Of a DNA stretch of 54,409 bases, positions 16,345-27,617 are shown piece after piece; within the stretch, counting starts at the first letter, position 1, and each line of letters begins with the position of its first letter. Below the pieces are notes generated by a model, which was given only the letters and a program-made list of their open reading frames with translations, was not told the DNA's origin and ran no database searches. Source of the DNA: an uncultured Eubacteriales bacterium (GTDB lineage Bacteria; Bacillota; Clostridia; Christensenellales; RUG350); NCBI GenBank assembly GCA_900315995.1, contig ONBF01000002.1, positions 1 through 54,409 on the forward strand, in the 5' to 3' direction. Both the position numbers and the translations under genes were made by a program.

Positions 16345-17190
16345 ATGAATATAGTTATTTCGGCGGAGAATACGATAGATTTACCGAAAGAATTACTTGA
16401 CAAGTATAATATACACGTTATTCCGTTTAATGTAACGCTTGGGGATCAAACGTCAAATTCGTATACGACAGCGGAGATATTCGATTACGTGGACAAAACG
16501 GGTATACTTCCAAAAACGAGTGCCGTAAACGAAGTCGAATACGGCGAGCACTTCGACGGATTATTGAAAGACTATGACGCGATTATTCATTTTGCTATCG
16601 GGTCGGGCATAAGCAGTACGATCGATAACGCAAAGCGCGCGGCGTCCGAACGTAATAATTGCTATATCGTGGACACTCAATCATTATCAACCGGCATAGC
16701 GTTACTTGCGATATATGCTTCAAAACTTGTTGAAAAAGGATTGAACGCAAAAGAGATTTACGACAAAGTAAACGCGCGTATTCCGTATGTTCAAGCAAGT
16801 TTTGTCATCGAAAGACTTGACTATCTGTACAAAGGCGGAAGATGTTCGGGGCTTGCGTTATTCGGTGCAAATCTTCTTAAAATCCGTCCGCAAATACAGA
16901 TAAAGAACGGCAAAATGCAACCGACAAGAAAGTATAGGGGACGTATGGAAGACGTATTCAGGAAAAATTGCGAAGATACGCTTGCCGAATTTAACAATCC
17001 CGATAAGTCCATAGGTTTCGTAACTTATACGTCCGCAAGCGACGAAATGGTAAAAATAGGTATCGACGCGTTGAAAAACGCGGGATTTGAAACAGTATAC
17101 AACACTTTCGCGGGTTCGACGATAGGAAGTCATTGCGGAAGAAATACAATCGGTATCTTGTACATAAACGACGGCGGGCAAGAAGATTAA
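16345..17190 (+). CDS. DegV family protein, paralog 2
   Basis: 281 aa, colinear with 15413-16258 without gaps. Confidence 0.85.
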   Translation: MNIVISAENTIDLPKELLDKYNIHVIPFNVTLGDQTSNSYTTAEIFDYVDKTGILPKTSAVNEVEYGEHFDGLLKDYDAIIHFAIGSGISSTIDNAKRAASERNNCYIVDTQSLSTGIALLAIYASKLVEKGLNAKEIYDKVNARIPYVQASFVIERLDYLYKGGRCSGLALFGANLLKIRPQIQIKNGKMQPTRKYRGRMEDVFRKNCEDTLAEFNNPDKSIGFVTYTSASDEMVKIGIDALKNAGFETVYNTFAGSTIGSHCGRNTIGILYINDGGQED

Positions 17191-17303
17191 GCGATGCGAA
17201 GATAAATTTAAGTCTTACGTTGACTGTATCTATCGATTTAACGTAAAGCGCATCTATATGACGCTTTTGAATAAATTAATAAAATTTTTTTCGAGGTTAA
17301 TTT

Positions 17304-18149
17304 ATGAATATAGCGATTTCAGCGGAGAATACGATTGATTTACCGAAAGAGTTACTTGACAAGTATAATATATACATTATTTCGTTTAACATAACGCTCG
17401 GAGATCAAACGTCAAATTCGTATACGACTGCGGAAGTTTTCGATTACGTTGACAGAACGGGGATATTTCCGAAGACAAGCGCGTTGAACGAAATTGAATA
17501 CGGCGAGTATTTCGACGGGCTGTTGAAAGATTATGACGCGGTTATTCACTTTGCACTCGGTTCGGGTGTAAGCAGTACGATCGATAACGCAAAGCGCGCG
17601 GCGTCCGAACGTAAGAATTGCTACGTTGTGGACAGTTTGTCTATATCGACAGGCATAGCATTACCTGCAATATATGCATCGAAACTTGTTCAAAAAGGTA
17701 TGGACGCAAAAGAAATATACGATAAGGTAAACGCGCGTATTCCGTACGTTCAATTAAGTTTCGTGGTTGAGAAACTCGATTATTTCCACAAAAGCGGAAG
17801 ATGTTCGGGACTTGCGTTAATAGGTGCGAATCTTCTTAAAATCCATCCGCAAGTTAAAATGAAGAACGGCAAAATGCAACCTGCCAAAAAGTACAGGGGG
17901 CGTATGGAAGAAGTATTCAAAAAGTATTGCGAAGATACACTTGCCGAATTTAATAATCCGGATAAGTCAATAGGCTTTGTGACCTACTCGTCCGCAAGCG
18001 ACGAAATGGTAAAAATAGGTATCGACGCGTTGAAAAACGCGGGGTTTGAGACGATATACAACACTTTTGCAGGTCCGACGATAGGTAGCCATTGCGGTAA
18101 AAATGCAATCGGCATAGTATACATTAACGACGGGAAACAAGAAGATTAA
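17304..18149 (+). CDS. DegV family protein, paralog 3
   Basis: 281 aa, colinear with the other two copies. Has 'YFHKSGRCS' in place of 'YLYKGGRCS'. Confidence 0.85.
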   Translation: MNIAISAENTIDLPKELLDKYNIYIISFNITLGDQTSNSYTTAEVFDYVDRTGIFPKTSALNEIEYGEYFDGLLKDYDAVIHFALGSGVSSTIDNAKRAASERKNCYVVDSLSISTGIALPAIYASKLVQKGMDAKEIYDKVNARIPYVQLSFVVEKLDYFHKSGRCSGLALIGANLLKIHPQVKMKNGKMQPAKKYRGRMEEVFKKYCEDTLAEFNNPDKSIGFVTYSSASDEMVKIGIDALKNAGFETIYNTFAGPTIGSHCGKNAIGIVYINDGKQED

Positions 18150-18210
18150 TAGTTAAAATAAATAAAAGCAGTCAAGAAATGCTCTCGGCTGTTTTTATTT
18201 TTAATTAAAC

Positions 18211-18936
18211 TTAGATTATCAAAAAGAGTTTAAGAGCGGCTTCGGCGTCTTTTACATCACGCGATATGGGTTTATAGTCGCTTAATGAGTACTTAAAGCC
18301 GAGAAACATCGGGCGGATAAGTCTTACGTCACGCGTGGTCATCGTATAGTAAAATCCGTCCGCAATCGCATCGTAGTCCGCGCGCAGTTGCGGGTCGATG
18401 TCAGCGATGTTTGCAAGTCGTGTGTGAATATTGCGAACGATATTGTCTATCGAGTGGAGCGCACCTTCGGGAACCGTTTCGACAACGTTTGCCGTTTCGT
18501 CGACAGGTTCTTCCGCGAACTCTTCGACGTCGTCTTCAAGAAGTGATATTATTGCTTCACGGAAAGGTATTATCAAGTCGTTGACGAACAGTTCAAACGA
18601 AGCGTTCGGGGAAGATGACGCATAAAATCTTTCGAGAAAAGGGCAAATCGTTGACGAGTCCTTATCGAAATCACGTAATATATTGAGAACCAAAGCGACA
18701 ATACGCTTGCGATTCTTAGGAAGCTGAAGCGTTTCGCGGTTATTGATAATAACTACGGACGAATCGAATTCTTCCGCATAGTTGTAACTTTTGATGCAAT
18801 CTTGAGCAATTGCGAAAATTTCTTTATCAAACGCAACAAGTCTCAAAAGGTCGTTAATATAGCGTTTGCAGAGTAAAAATTTACTCGACGCAAGCGAGTT
18901 GCACTTATTGATCAAAAGAGCCGTAGACGATTTCAT
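18211..18936 (-). CDS. Hypothetical cytoplasmic protein with an acidic central linker
   Basis: 241 aa ORF with no overlapping competitor. No motif recognised. The 'EDDVEEFAEEPVDETANVVE' linker separates two helical-looking halves. Confidence 0.55.
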   Translation of the reverse strand: MKSSTALLINKCNSLASSKFLLCKRYINDLLRLVAFDKEIFAIAQDCIKSYNYAEEFDSSVVIINNRETLQLPKNRKRIVALVLNILRDFDKDSSTICPFLERFYASSSPNASFELFVNDLIIPFREAIISLLEDDVEEFAEEPVDETANVVETVPEGALHSIDNIVRNIHTRLANIADIDPQLRADYDAIADGFYYTMTTRDVRLIRPMFLGFKYSLSDYKPISRDVKDAEAALKLFLII

Positions 18937-19036
18937 AACATTACCTCAAAACAAGTGTAACACAAAAAAAAGATTTTTTCAATCATTAAAACCGAATATA
19001 ATCATTACAGATTAGGGAAAATACTTGACAGTATAA

Positions 19037-21295
<2,259 letters not shown>

Positions 21296-21316
21296 TTTAT
21301 TCTATGGTGCATTTAT

Positions 21317-21346
21317 TTGACAAAGCGACATCGTATAGTGTATATT
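21317..21346 (+). promoter_or_regulatory. Candidate sigma-A promoter for the rpmH operon
   Basis: TTGACA - 18 nt - TATATT, about 50 nt upstream of rpmH. Confidence 0.45.
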
Positions 21347-21397
21347 TACAAGGTATAGAATTCGCCTACGGGCTTATAGATAAAAGTGAGGACTAAA

Positions 21398-21532
21398 ATG
21401 AAACAAACGTATCAACCCAAGAAAAGACAACGCAGTAAAGTCAACGGATTTCGTAAGAGAATGAGAACGAAGTCCGGCAGAAACGTTTTGTCGAGAAGAC
21501 GCAGAAAGGGCAGAGCACAACTCTCCGCATAA
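21398..21532 (+). CDS. rpmH: 50S ribosomal protein L34 (absent from the supplied ORF track, 44 aa)
   Basis: My own translation: [44 protein letters not shown]. 'gtgagga' SD upstream. Confidence 0.95.
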   Translation: MKQTYQPKKRQRSKVNGFRKRMRTKSGRNVLSRRRRKGRAQLSA

Positions 21533-21535
21533 TAA

Positions 21536-21880
21536 GTGTTACAGCGTAAATACCGACTTAAAAATAAAGGCGCGTTCAATTACGTTTACAAGAAAGGCAA
21601 CAGTATTAACTCAAAATATTTTACGCTTATCTTTTCGCCGTCCAAGTATCCGATGAAAGTGGGTTTTTCGGCAAGTAAGAAGGTGGGTAACAGCGTAAGA
21701 CGTAACAGAGCGAAACGATTGATGCGCGAAGCTTTCAGAGCTTATATCGGACAAATTGAGAATACCAACAACTATATTATGGTTGCACATATTGCAATCA
21801 ACGATATAAGATATAATGAACTTGTCGCGGAACTCGGTAAAACGCTTAAACGTTGTAATTTGGTTAATAATTCGGATTGA
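21536..21880 (+). CDS. rnpA: Ribonuclease P protein component
   Basis: GTG start. 'LQRKYRLKNKGAFNYVYKKG...NSVRRNRAKRLMREAFR' RnpA motif. Follows rpmH. Confidence 0.9.
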   Translation: MLQRKYRLKNKGAFNYVYKKGNSINSKYFTLIFSPSKYPMKVGFSASKKVGNSVRRNRAKRLMREAFRAYIGQIENTNNYIMVAHIAINDIRYNELVAELGKTLKRCNLVNNSD

Positions 21881-22119
21881 AAAAAACAGTTTTGTTACTT
21901 CTTAAATTCTATAAACGCTTTATATCGCCCGCATTGCCGTCACAGTGTAGGTTCACTCCTACATGTTCGGTATACGCGTATCAGGCGATAGAGAGTTTCG
22001 GTCTTATACGGGGCGGACTTATGGCGGTATACAGAGTATTAAGATGCAATCCGTTCAACAAAGGCGGGTTCGATCCCGTACCGATTAATTTCAAAGGAAA
22101 GGCAAAATGGGTATTATAA
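21877..22119 (+). CDS. yidD: Membrane protein insertion efficiency factor YidD
   Basis: 'FYKRFISP....CRFTPTCSVYAYQAIE..G...G..MAVYRVLRCNPF..GGFDPVP'. Confidence 0.9.
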   Translation: MKKTVLLLLKFYKRFISPALPSQCRFTPTCSVYAYQAIESFGLIRGGLMAVYRVLRCNPFNKGGFDPVPINFKGKAKWVL

Positions 22120-23141
22120 ACAACGTAACGCTCTTTGCGACAGAGCTTCTCGAGCCTACGAAGTCCACGCACTTCGTGGCGAGTATTCTCGAATGGATTT
22201 CGGGTTGGGTAGGCGGATACGGTTGGACAGTCGTGGTATTTACAATACTTGTAAGTGTAGTTTTGTCTCCGCTTGACGTTTGGCAGAAGATGGTAATGTA
22301 TCGTAACGCCAAAATAATGCAGAGAATGAAACCTCAGATGGAGAAACTCCAAAAGCAATACGGCAATAACCCGGAAAGACTTCAACAGGAACAGTTGCGC
22401 CTTTTCAGAAAAGAAAAATACAGTGTTGCGGGTGCGTGTCTTCCGATTATCGCTACTATGGTGGTTTTCTTTATCGTTTGGGCGGGATTTAACGCGACTA
22501 CGAAGTTTAAGGCGGAGCAGAATTATGTAGATGCATACAACGCATATGCGACGGCTGCCGATAAGTTCAAAGAAGAAACCGATCTTTCACCCGAATCGGA
22601 GGCGTATGAAGAGGGTTGGAAAGCGGCGGGTGACGCTGCCGTACTTGCGGAATACAAGACGGAAAGTTTTCTTTGGGTAGGCAACATATTTATGCCTGAT
22701 AACTGGTCGTCGATTATTCCGAACGAAGATACGTTCAGAGGCGGAGGGCTCGGAAAGATTGACAGCAATATAGGTAAAAATGCGGTATATTCATATTCTG
22801 ACGTTATGTCGGCGGTAAGCAATGAATACAATACGCGATGGAACGGTTATCTTATACTCCCCGTATTGAGTATCGTTTTGACTTATATGTCGATATTCCT
22901 ATCCAAAAAATTCAATCGGCAATCCGCAGTAGATGCTACGGCGCAAAACAGTATGAAATTTATGCAAATCGTGATGCCGGTTTTGATGGGGGTGTTCGCA
23001 CTTATATACAGCGCGGCGTTTACCGTATATCTCGTTACGCGTTCGATAATAAGTACGGTCGTTCAACTTGTGTTCAATGTTTGCGTAAACTTAAAGAATA
23101 AACGTGACGAAGACAAACGTTTAAGCACGACGTTTAAGTAA
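22107..23141 (+). CDS. yidC: YidC/Oxa1 family membrane insertase
   Basis: Multi-TM protein with the 'MQRMKPQMEKLQKQYGNNPERLQQEQLRLFRKEKYSV..GCLP' YidC core. Conserved operon position. Confidence 0.9.
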   Translation: MGIINNVTLFATELLEPTKSTHFVASILEWISGWVGGYGWTVVVFTILVSVVLSPLDVWQKMVMYRNAKIMQRMKPQMEKLQKQYGNNPERLQQEQLRLFRKEKYSVAGACLPIIATMVVFFIVWAGFNATTKFKAEQNYVDAYNAYATAADKFKEETDLSPESEAYEEGWKAAGDAAVLAEYKTESFLWVGNIFMPDNWSSIIPNEDTFRGGGLGKIDSNIGKNAVYSYSDVMSAVSNEYNTRWNGYLILPVLSIVLTYMSIFLSKKFNRQSAVDATAQNSMKFMQIVMPVLMGVFALIYSAAFTVYLVTRSIISTVVQLVFNVCVNLKNKRDEDKRLSTTFK

Positions 23142-23153
23142 TAGGAGAGAATT

Positions 23154-23813
23154 ATGGAAAATCAAGCATTAGCGACAGGCTCGAATAAAGCCCTTGAATT
23201 TGTAAACAAGTTAGTCGAGCTTATGAATCTCGACTGTAAAGCGGAGGCGGAAGAGACAGATGACAAAATTCGGATTGTCGTAAGCGGAAACGACAGTCAC
23301 GTTGTTATCGGATACCGCGGAGACGTACTTGACGCAATTCAGTATTTGACGCTTCTTGTAAGCAACAAAAGCGATTGTGAAAAAAAAGTTGTCGTTGATA
23401 CGGAAGATTATCGCGCTAAGCGTACGGAAACACTTAAAAGTCTTGCGCGTAAACTTGCCGATAAAGCGGACAGAACGGGCAGAAAGATAGAGCTTGAACC
23501 AATGAACCCGTTTGAGCGCAGAATTATTCATGCGGCACTTGTCGACAGTGACAAGGCAATAACCGAAAGCGTAGGAGAAGATCCGAACCGTCATATCGTT
23601 ATTATTCCGAAGAACCCGAAGAAGAGATACGGCTACGGGAATTTCAATAAAGGTAACGGCGCGCATAAGGAATATAACGAGAGCGCGGCGTCCGTATCAA
23701 ACGATCAATCCGCATATGATCCGTATGCGGCGTATGACGGAGCTATGAGCAATTTCAAGCACAACGGTCCGAGAAAGATGAGAAGTTTCGGATATAAAAA
23801 GCCGAGATTTTAA
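23154..23813 (+). CDS. khpB: Jag/KhpB RNA-binding protein (Jag_N + KH + R3H)
   Basis: 'LEPMNPFERRIIHAAL' R3H motif. Position after yidC. Confidence 0.85.
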   Translation: MENQALATGSNKALEFVNKLVELMNLDCKAEAEETDDKIRIVVSGNDSHVVIGYRGDVLDAIQYLTLLVSNKSDCEKKVVVDTEDYRAKRTETLKSLARKLADKADRTGRKIELEPMNPFERRIIHAALVDSDKAITESVGEDPNRHIVIIPKNPKKRYGYGNFNKGNGAHKEYNESAASVSNDQSAYDPYAAYDGAMSNFKHNGPRKMRSFGYKKPRF

Positions 23814-23827
23814 TCACTATATGATAT

Positions 23828-23860
23828 AAAACGAGACTAAGCGGTCTCGTTTTTGTTTTT
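23828..23860 (+). terminator. Rho-independent terminator after jag
   Basis: 'aaaacgagac'-loop-'gtctcgtttt' stem followed by 'tgttttt'. Confidence 0.8.
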
Positions 23861-23882
23861 ATTTCGTTATATTATACTTAAA

Positions 23883-23911
23883 TTGACTTTATTAATATAT
23901 TCTTTTATAAT
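23883..23911 (+). promoter_or_regulatory. Near-consensus sigma-A promoter abutting the mnmE start codon
   Basis: TTGACT - 17 nt - TATAAT. The -10 element ends 8 nt before the mnmE ATG (23920). No SD lies in between. Confidence 0.65.
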
Positions 23912-23919
23912 GTCGTTAT

Positions 23920-25239
23920 ATGGATACGATAGCTGCTATATCAACACCAAACGGAAAAGGCGGTATAGGAATAGTAAGGATAAGCGGAGATAACGCGATA
24001 GACGTTGCTTCGCGCGTATTTCGTGCGCCTATCGAGTTAAAAGACGTTGAGAGCCGTAAAATGATACTCGGTACGGTAAATCTCATTGACGCACGCGATA
24101 AAGCGTTATGCGTCGTATTCCGCGCGCCCAACAGCTATACGGGCGAAGATGTTGTTGAACTTCATTGCCACGGCGGAGTATCGCTTATCGATGCGGTTTT
24201 GAAAGCCGTACTTAATGCGGGCGCAAAACTTGCCGGCGCGGGAGAATTTACAAAGCGGGCGTTTCTGAACGGCAAACTCAAACTTGCCGATGCGGAGGGA
24301 ATAATAGATATTATAAACGCGCAGAGCGTATCCGCGGTAAATGCGGCATATCGTTTAATGAGCGGAAAACTTTCCGACGATATAAACGTTATTCAAAATA
24401 AGTTGCTCGATTTAATCGCGCATCTCGAAGCGATTATGGACTATCCCGAAGAACTTGAAGACGAAGGTATCCCCGACGGGAGAAGAATAACGGAGGAACT
24501 TTTTGACGAACTTAAAAAGTTATACGATACGAAAGAAGTCGGGCGTATGATAAAAAACGGCGTTGCCGTCGCTATAATCGGTCTGCCTAACGCGGGCAAG
24601 TCGTCGCTTCTTAACCGCCTTTTGAAATGCGACAGAGCAATAGTTACGGACATTGAAGGGACTACGAGAGACGTAGTCGAAGATACGCTTGTATATAATG
24701 GTGAAATGATACGTTTACTTGATACGGCGGGTATAAGAGAAACCGACAACCATATAGAGAAGATAGGGATAGATAGGAGTAAAAAGGCGGTTAAGGGGGC
24801 GGACGTCGTTATTATCGTTCTTGACGGAGAAAGAGAAGACGCGCGCGAAAACGCGCTCTTTGAACTTGTTAAAGGTAAACCTTATATCGTTTGCGTAAAT
24901 AAGAGCGATTTGGGCATATCAAGACCTATTAATGAAGATTACGTCATAATTTCCGCAAAGACGGGTGACGGAACCGATGAGCTTCTTAAACGTCTTACGG
25001 ATATAACCGTAAGAGTGGACGGTGACAGTGAAATAATTACCAACGAAAGACATGCGCAAGCGGTTAAACGCGCAAAAGACGCGCTTGAACGGGCGCTTGA
25101 TAATTATGACGATTTCTATATCGACTGTATAGTAAACGATCTTAAAGAGGCGTACGACGCGCTCGGAGAGATAACCGGCAATACGGTTAGCGAAGACGTA
25201 ATTAATGCGATATTCGATAAATTTTGTGTGGGGAAATAA
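23920..25239 (+). CDS. mnmE: tRNA uridine-5-carboxymethylaminomethyl modification GTPase MnmE
   Basis: 'MDTIAAISTPNGKGGIGIVRISG', G-domain 'GLPNAGKSSLLN', 'DTAGIRE', C-terminal 'FCVGK'. Confidence 0.95.
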   Translation: MDTIAAISTPNGKGGIGIVRISGDNAIDVASRVFRAPIELKDVESRKMILGTVNLIDARDKALCVVFRAPNSYTGEDVVELHCHGGVSLIDAVLKAVLNAGAKLAGAGEFTKRAFLNGKLKLADAEGIIDIINAQSVSAVNAAYRLMSGKLSDDINVIQNKLLDLIAHLEAIMDYPEELEDEGIPDGRRITEELFDELKKLYDTKEVGRMIKNGVAVAIIGLPNAGKSSLLNRLLKCDRAIVTDIEGTTRDVVEDTLVYNGEMIRLLDTAGIRETDNHIEKIGIDRSKKAVKGADVVIIVLDGEREDARENALFELVKGKPYIVCVNKSDLGISRPINEDYVIISAKTGDGTDELLKRLTDITVRVDGDSEIITNERHAQAVKRAKDALERALDNYDDFYIDCIVNDLKEAYDALGEITGNTVSEDVINAIFDKFCVGK

Positions 25240-25971
25240 ATGTTCAAGACAGTTCTTATTACGGGTGCATCGCGTGGAATAGGCAGAGCGATTGCATTGA
25301 AATTCGGAAGAGAAGGATTTAACGTTGCGATTAACTTTAATAACGGCGAATCGGCTGCGCGGGAAGCAGTACTGCAAATAAATGAAAACGGCGGAAACGC
25401 AAAACTTTTCAAAGCTGACGTCTCGCACGTTGCCGAAGTTGTCGAAATGAAAAACAAAGTGCTGAAAAACTTCGGAAAAGTTGACGTTCTGGTGAACAAT
25501 GCCGGCGTTGCCTGCACTAAACTTTTTACGGATACGACAGAAGAAGATTTCGATAAACTCGTCGCCGTTAATCTTAAAGGCGCGTTCAATGTAACCAAGG
25601 CGTTTTGTCCCGAAATGATCAGTCGCAAATGCGGTAAAATCGTGAACATATCGTCTGTTTTCGGTGTATCCGGCGGTTCTGCCGAAGTTGTGTACAGTGC
25701 GACTAAGGCGGGTATAATCGGACTTACTAAGGCACTCGCTAAGGAGCTTGCGTACAGCAATATTCAAGTAAACGCAATTGCACCGGGGGCGGTAGAAACG
25801 GATATGACCAAATTTGACGATAAAACAATGAAAGCCGTTATTTCCGATATTCCGATGGGGCGTATGTGTAAGCCGTCCGAGATTGCCGACCTTGCTTTTT
25901 ATCTTGCGTCGGACAAAGCCGATTATTTAACGGGACAAGTGATTTCAATCGATGGCGGATTTGCATTTTAA
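25240..25971 (+). CDS. SDR family oxidoreductase, 3-oxoacyl-ACP reductase (FabG)-like
   Basis: 'ITGASRGIGRAIA', 'NNAG', 'YSATKAG' motifs. Confidence 0.85.
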   Translation: MFKTVLITGASRGIGRAIALKFGREGFNVAINFNNGESAAREAVLQINENGGNAKLFKADVSHVAEVVEMKNKVLKNFGKVDVLVNNAGVACTKLFTDTTEEDFDKLVAVNLKGAFNVTKAFCPEMISRKCGKIVNISSVFGVSGGSAEVVYSATKAGIIGLTKALAKELAYSNIQVNAIAPGAVETDMTKFDDKTMKAVISDIPMGRMCKPSEIADLAFYLASDKADYLTGQVISIDGGFAF

Positions 25972-26015
25972 CAGTGTAATCACATATTAATTAAAAATTC
26001 ACAGTCAAACTATTT

Positions 26016-26048
26016 CAACCGCCGTATTGAAAACGGCGGTTGTGTTTT
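26016..26048 (+). terminator. Rho-independent terminator
   Basis: 10 bp stem 'caaccgccgt'/'acggcggttg', 7 nt loop, followed by 'tgtttt'. Confidence 0.8.
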
Positions 26049-26056
26049 GACAAATA

Positions 26057-26085
26057 TTGACATACGCGCGTATGCATGATATAAT
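26057..26085 (+). promoter_or_regulatory. Consensus sigma-A promoter with extended -10, driving the polysaccharide operon
   Basis: TTGACA - 17 nt - TATAAT with 'TGa' immediately upstream of the -10. A second TTGACA lies 10 nt further upstream. 68 nt leader to the 26154 ATG. Confidence 0.7.
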
Positions 26086-26153
26086 TCTATAAATAAATAA
26101 TACTAAGTTATAATATTATACGGCATTACGTAATATATCGGACTTGGTGCAAA

Positions 26154-27617
26154 ATGTATAAACCTTTTAAGAGATTTTCGGATATTCTTATTTCGACGAT
26201 TGGTTTAATCGTTTTGTTTTTACCTATGTTGATTATCGGTTTTATTATTAAAATCGACTCGAAAGGACCGATATTTTTCAAACAGCTGAGAATTGGTAAA
26301 AACGGCAAAAAGTTTAAGATGCTCAAATTTCGTTCAATGATAATCAATGCGGAAGTCGGTGGTGTTTATTCGGATAAAAACGATGAACGCGTTACGCGCG
26401 TAGGTAAATTTTTGCGTGCAACCGGTCTTGACGAAATACCGCAACTTATTAACGTATTAAGAGGCGAAATGAGTTTAATCGGACCGCGTCCCGTTCTTAC
26501 CTATCACCCGTGGGAATACGAAGAGTATTCGGAAGAGGAAAAGAAACGTTTTGACGTTCGTCCCGGTATTACGGGACTTGCACAAGTTAACGGTCGGCGC
26601 GCAATCGATTGGGAAACCCGATTAAAGTACGATGTAAAGTATGTCAAAAAGATGTCGTTCCGTTTGGATATGGCAATATTATTCAAAACCGTTTGGGTGG
26701 TATTATTCGACAGAAACAAAAATTATAATCTTTCTGCCGACACAAAGAAACGTAAGTACAAACTAGAGAAACGTAAACCGTATTATCTTGAACTTATGTA
26801 TATTACTAACGATATTGTGCTTGCGCAGATTGCGGAAGAGTGCGGTGTGAATATAATTTTTATAGACGTTGAAATGGAAGGTAAAGCCGACAGACAGTAC
26901 GGACGTTATACGGTTATCAGCAATCATAAATTAAGCGACGTTGCGAAATTGCGACCGTTTATCAAAAAATCCGAAATTTTGGTCAGGGTAAATTCGCCCG
27001 AATACACTTCACGCAGTGAAATCGAAACGGCTATCGAAAACGGCGCGGATATAGTTATGTTGCCGTATTACAAAAATAACGACGACGTAAGAAAGTTTAT
27101 AAAGTCGGTTAACGGTAGGGCAAAGGTGTGGCTGCTTCTCGAAACGCCGGAAGCTGTCGATATTTTGGATGAAACATTGACGATAAAAGGTATAGACAGA
27201 ATTCATATAGGGCTCAATGATTTGCATATCGGTTATCACAAAAAGTTTATGTTTGAACTTTTGACGGACGGGACGGTTGAAAAGATTTGCAATAAGATAA
27301 AAGTTTCGGGTATACCGTACGGTATAGGCGGTATAGCGAGACTCGGCAAGGGTATGGTAAAGTCAAACAACATAATAGTCGAACATCATAGATTGGGGTC
27401 GACGAGTGCGATACTCTCAAAAAGTTTTTATGATATAAGAAAACAGGACGGTACGGAAATTATACGGCAGAAATTCGTTACGGGTATCGAAGATATAAGA
27501 CGTTTTGAAACTTTGATAGGAAACTATTCCGCGAGCGACTTTGAAAAGAATAAACTCGAACTTATTAAGCAGGTAGAGAAAATAACAAATGAAATTGCTG
27601 TTAGCGGGAAAGCTTGA
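26154..27617 (+). CDS. Initiating phosphoglycosyltransferase (PglC/WbaP-C-like 'bacterial sugar transferase') fused to a PEP/pyruvate-binding TIM-barrel (HpcH/HpaI-aldolase-like) domain
   Basis: Residues 1 to about 200: re-entrant helix plus 'KFRSM', '[19 protein letters not shown]', '[10 protein letters not shown]'. Residues from about 210 to 487: '...VMLPY...[30 protein letters not shown]' resembles HpcH/HpaI or PEP-utilizer barrels. Confidence 0.75.
   Translation: MYKPFKRFSDILISTIGLIVLFLPMLIIGFIIKIDSKGPIFFKQLRIGKNGKKFKMLKFRSMIINAEVGGVYSDKNDERVTRVGKFLRATGLDEIPQLINVLRGEMSLIGPRPVLTYHPWEYEEYSEEEKKRFDVRPGITGLAQVNGRRAIDWETRLKYDVKYVKKMSFRLDMAILFKTVWVVLFDRNKNYNLSADTKKRKYKLEKRKPYYLELMYITNDIVLAQIAEECGVNIIFIDVEMEGKADRQYGRYTVISNHKLSDVAKLRPFIKKSEILVRVNSPEYTSRSEIETAIENGADIVMLPYYKNNDDVRKFIKSVNGRAKVWLLLETPEAVDILDETLTIKGIDRIHIGLNDLHIGYHKKFMFELLTDGTVEKICNKIKVSGIPYGIGGIARLGKGMVKSNNIIVEHHRLGSTSAILSKSFYDIRKQDGTEIIRQKFVTGIEDIRRFETLIGNYSASDFEKNKLELIKQVEKITNEIAVSGKA

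Noticed and set aside
21296-21397. A possible oriC or DnaA-box cluster upstream of rpmH.
   Set aside because: No TTATCCACA or TGTGGATAA box is present in this spacer, even allowing a one-mismatch cluster. The only 8/9 matches I noticed (near 10745, 15552 and 19332) lie inside coding regions.
24919-25767. Long minus-strand ORFs (282 aa and 214 aa) overlapping mnmE and the FabG-like gene.
   Set aside because: They lie opposite two genes with unmistakable family motifs and show no motifs or SD of their own. They are typical antisense open frames. The same reasoning applies to 28150-28953, 41714-42313, 19379-19930, 19825-20340, 50359-50835, 10548-10982 and the other embedded track ORFs.
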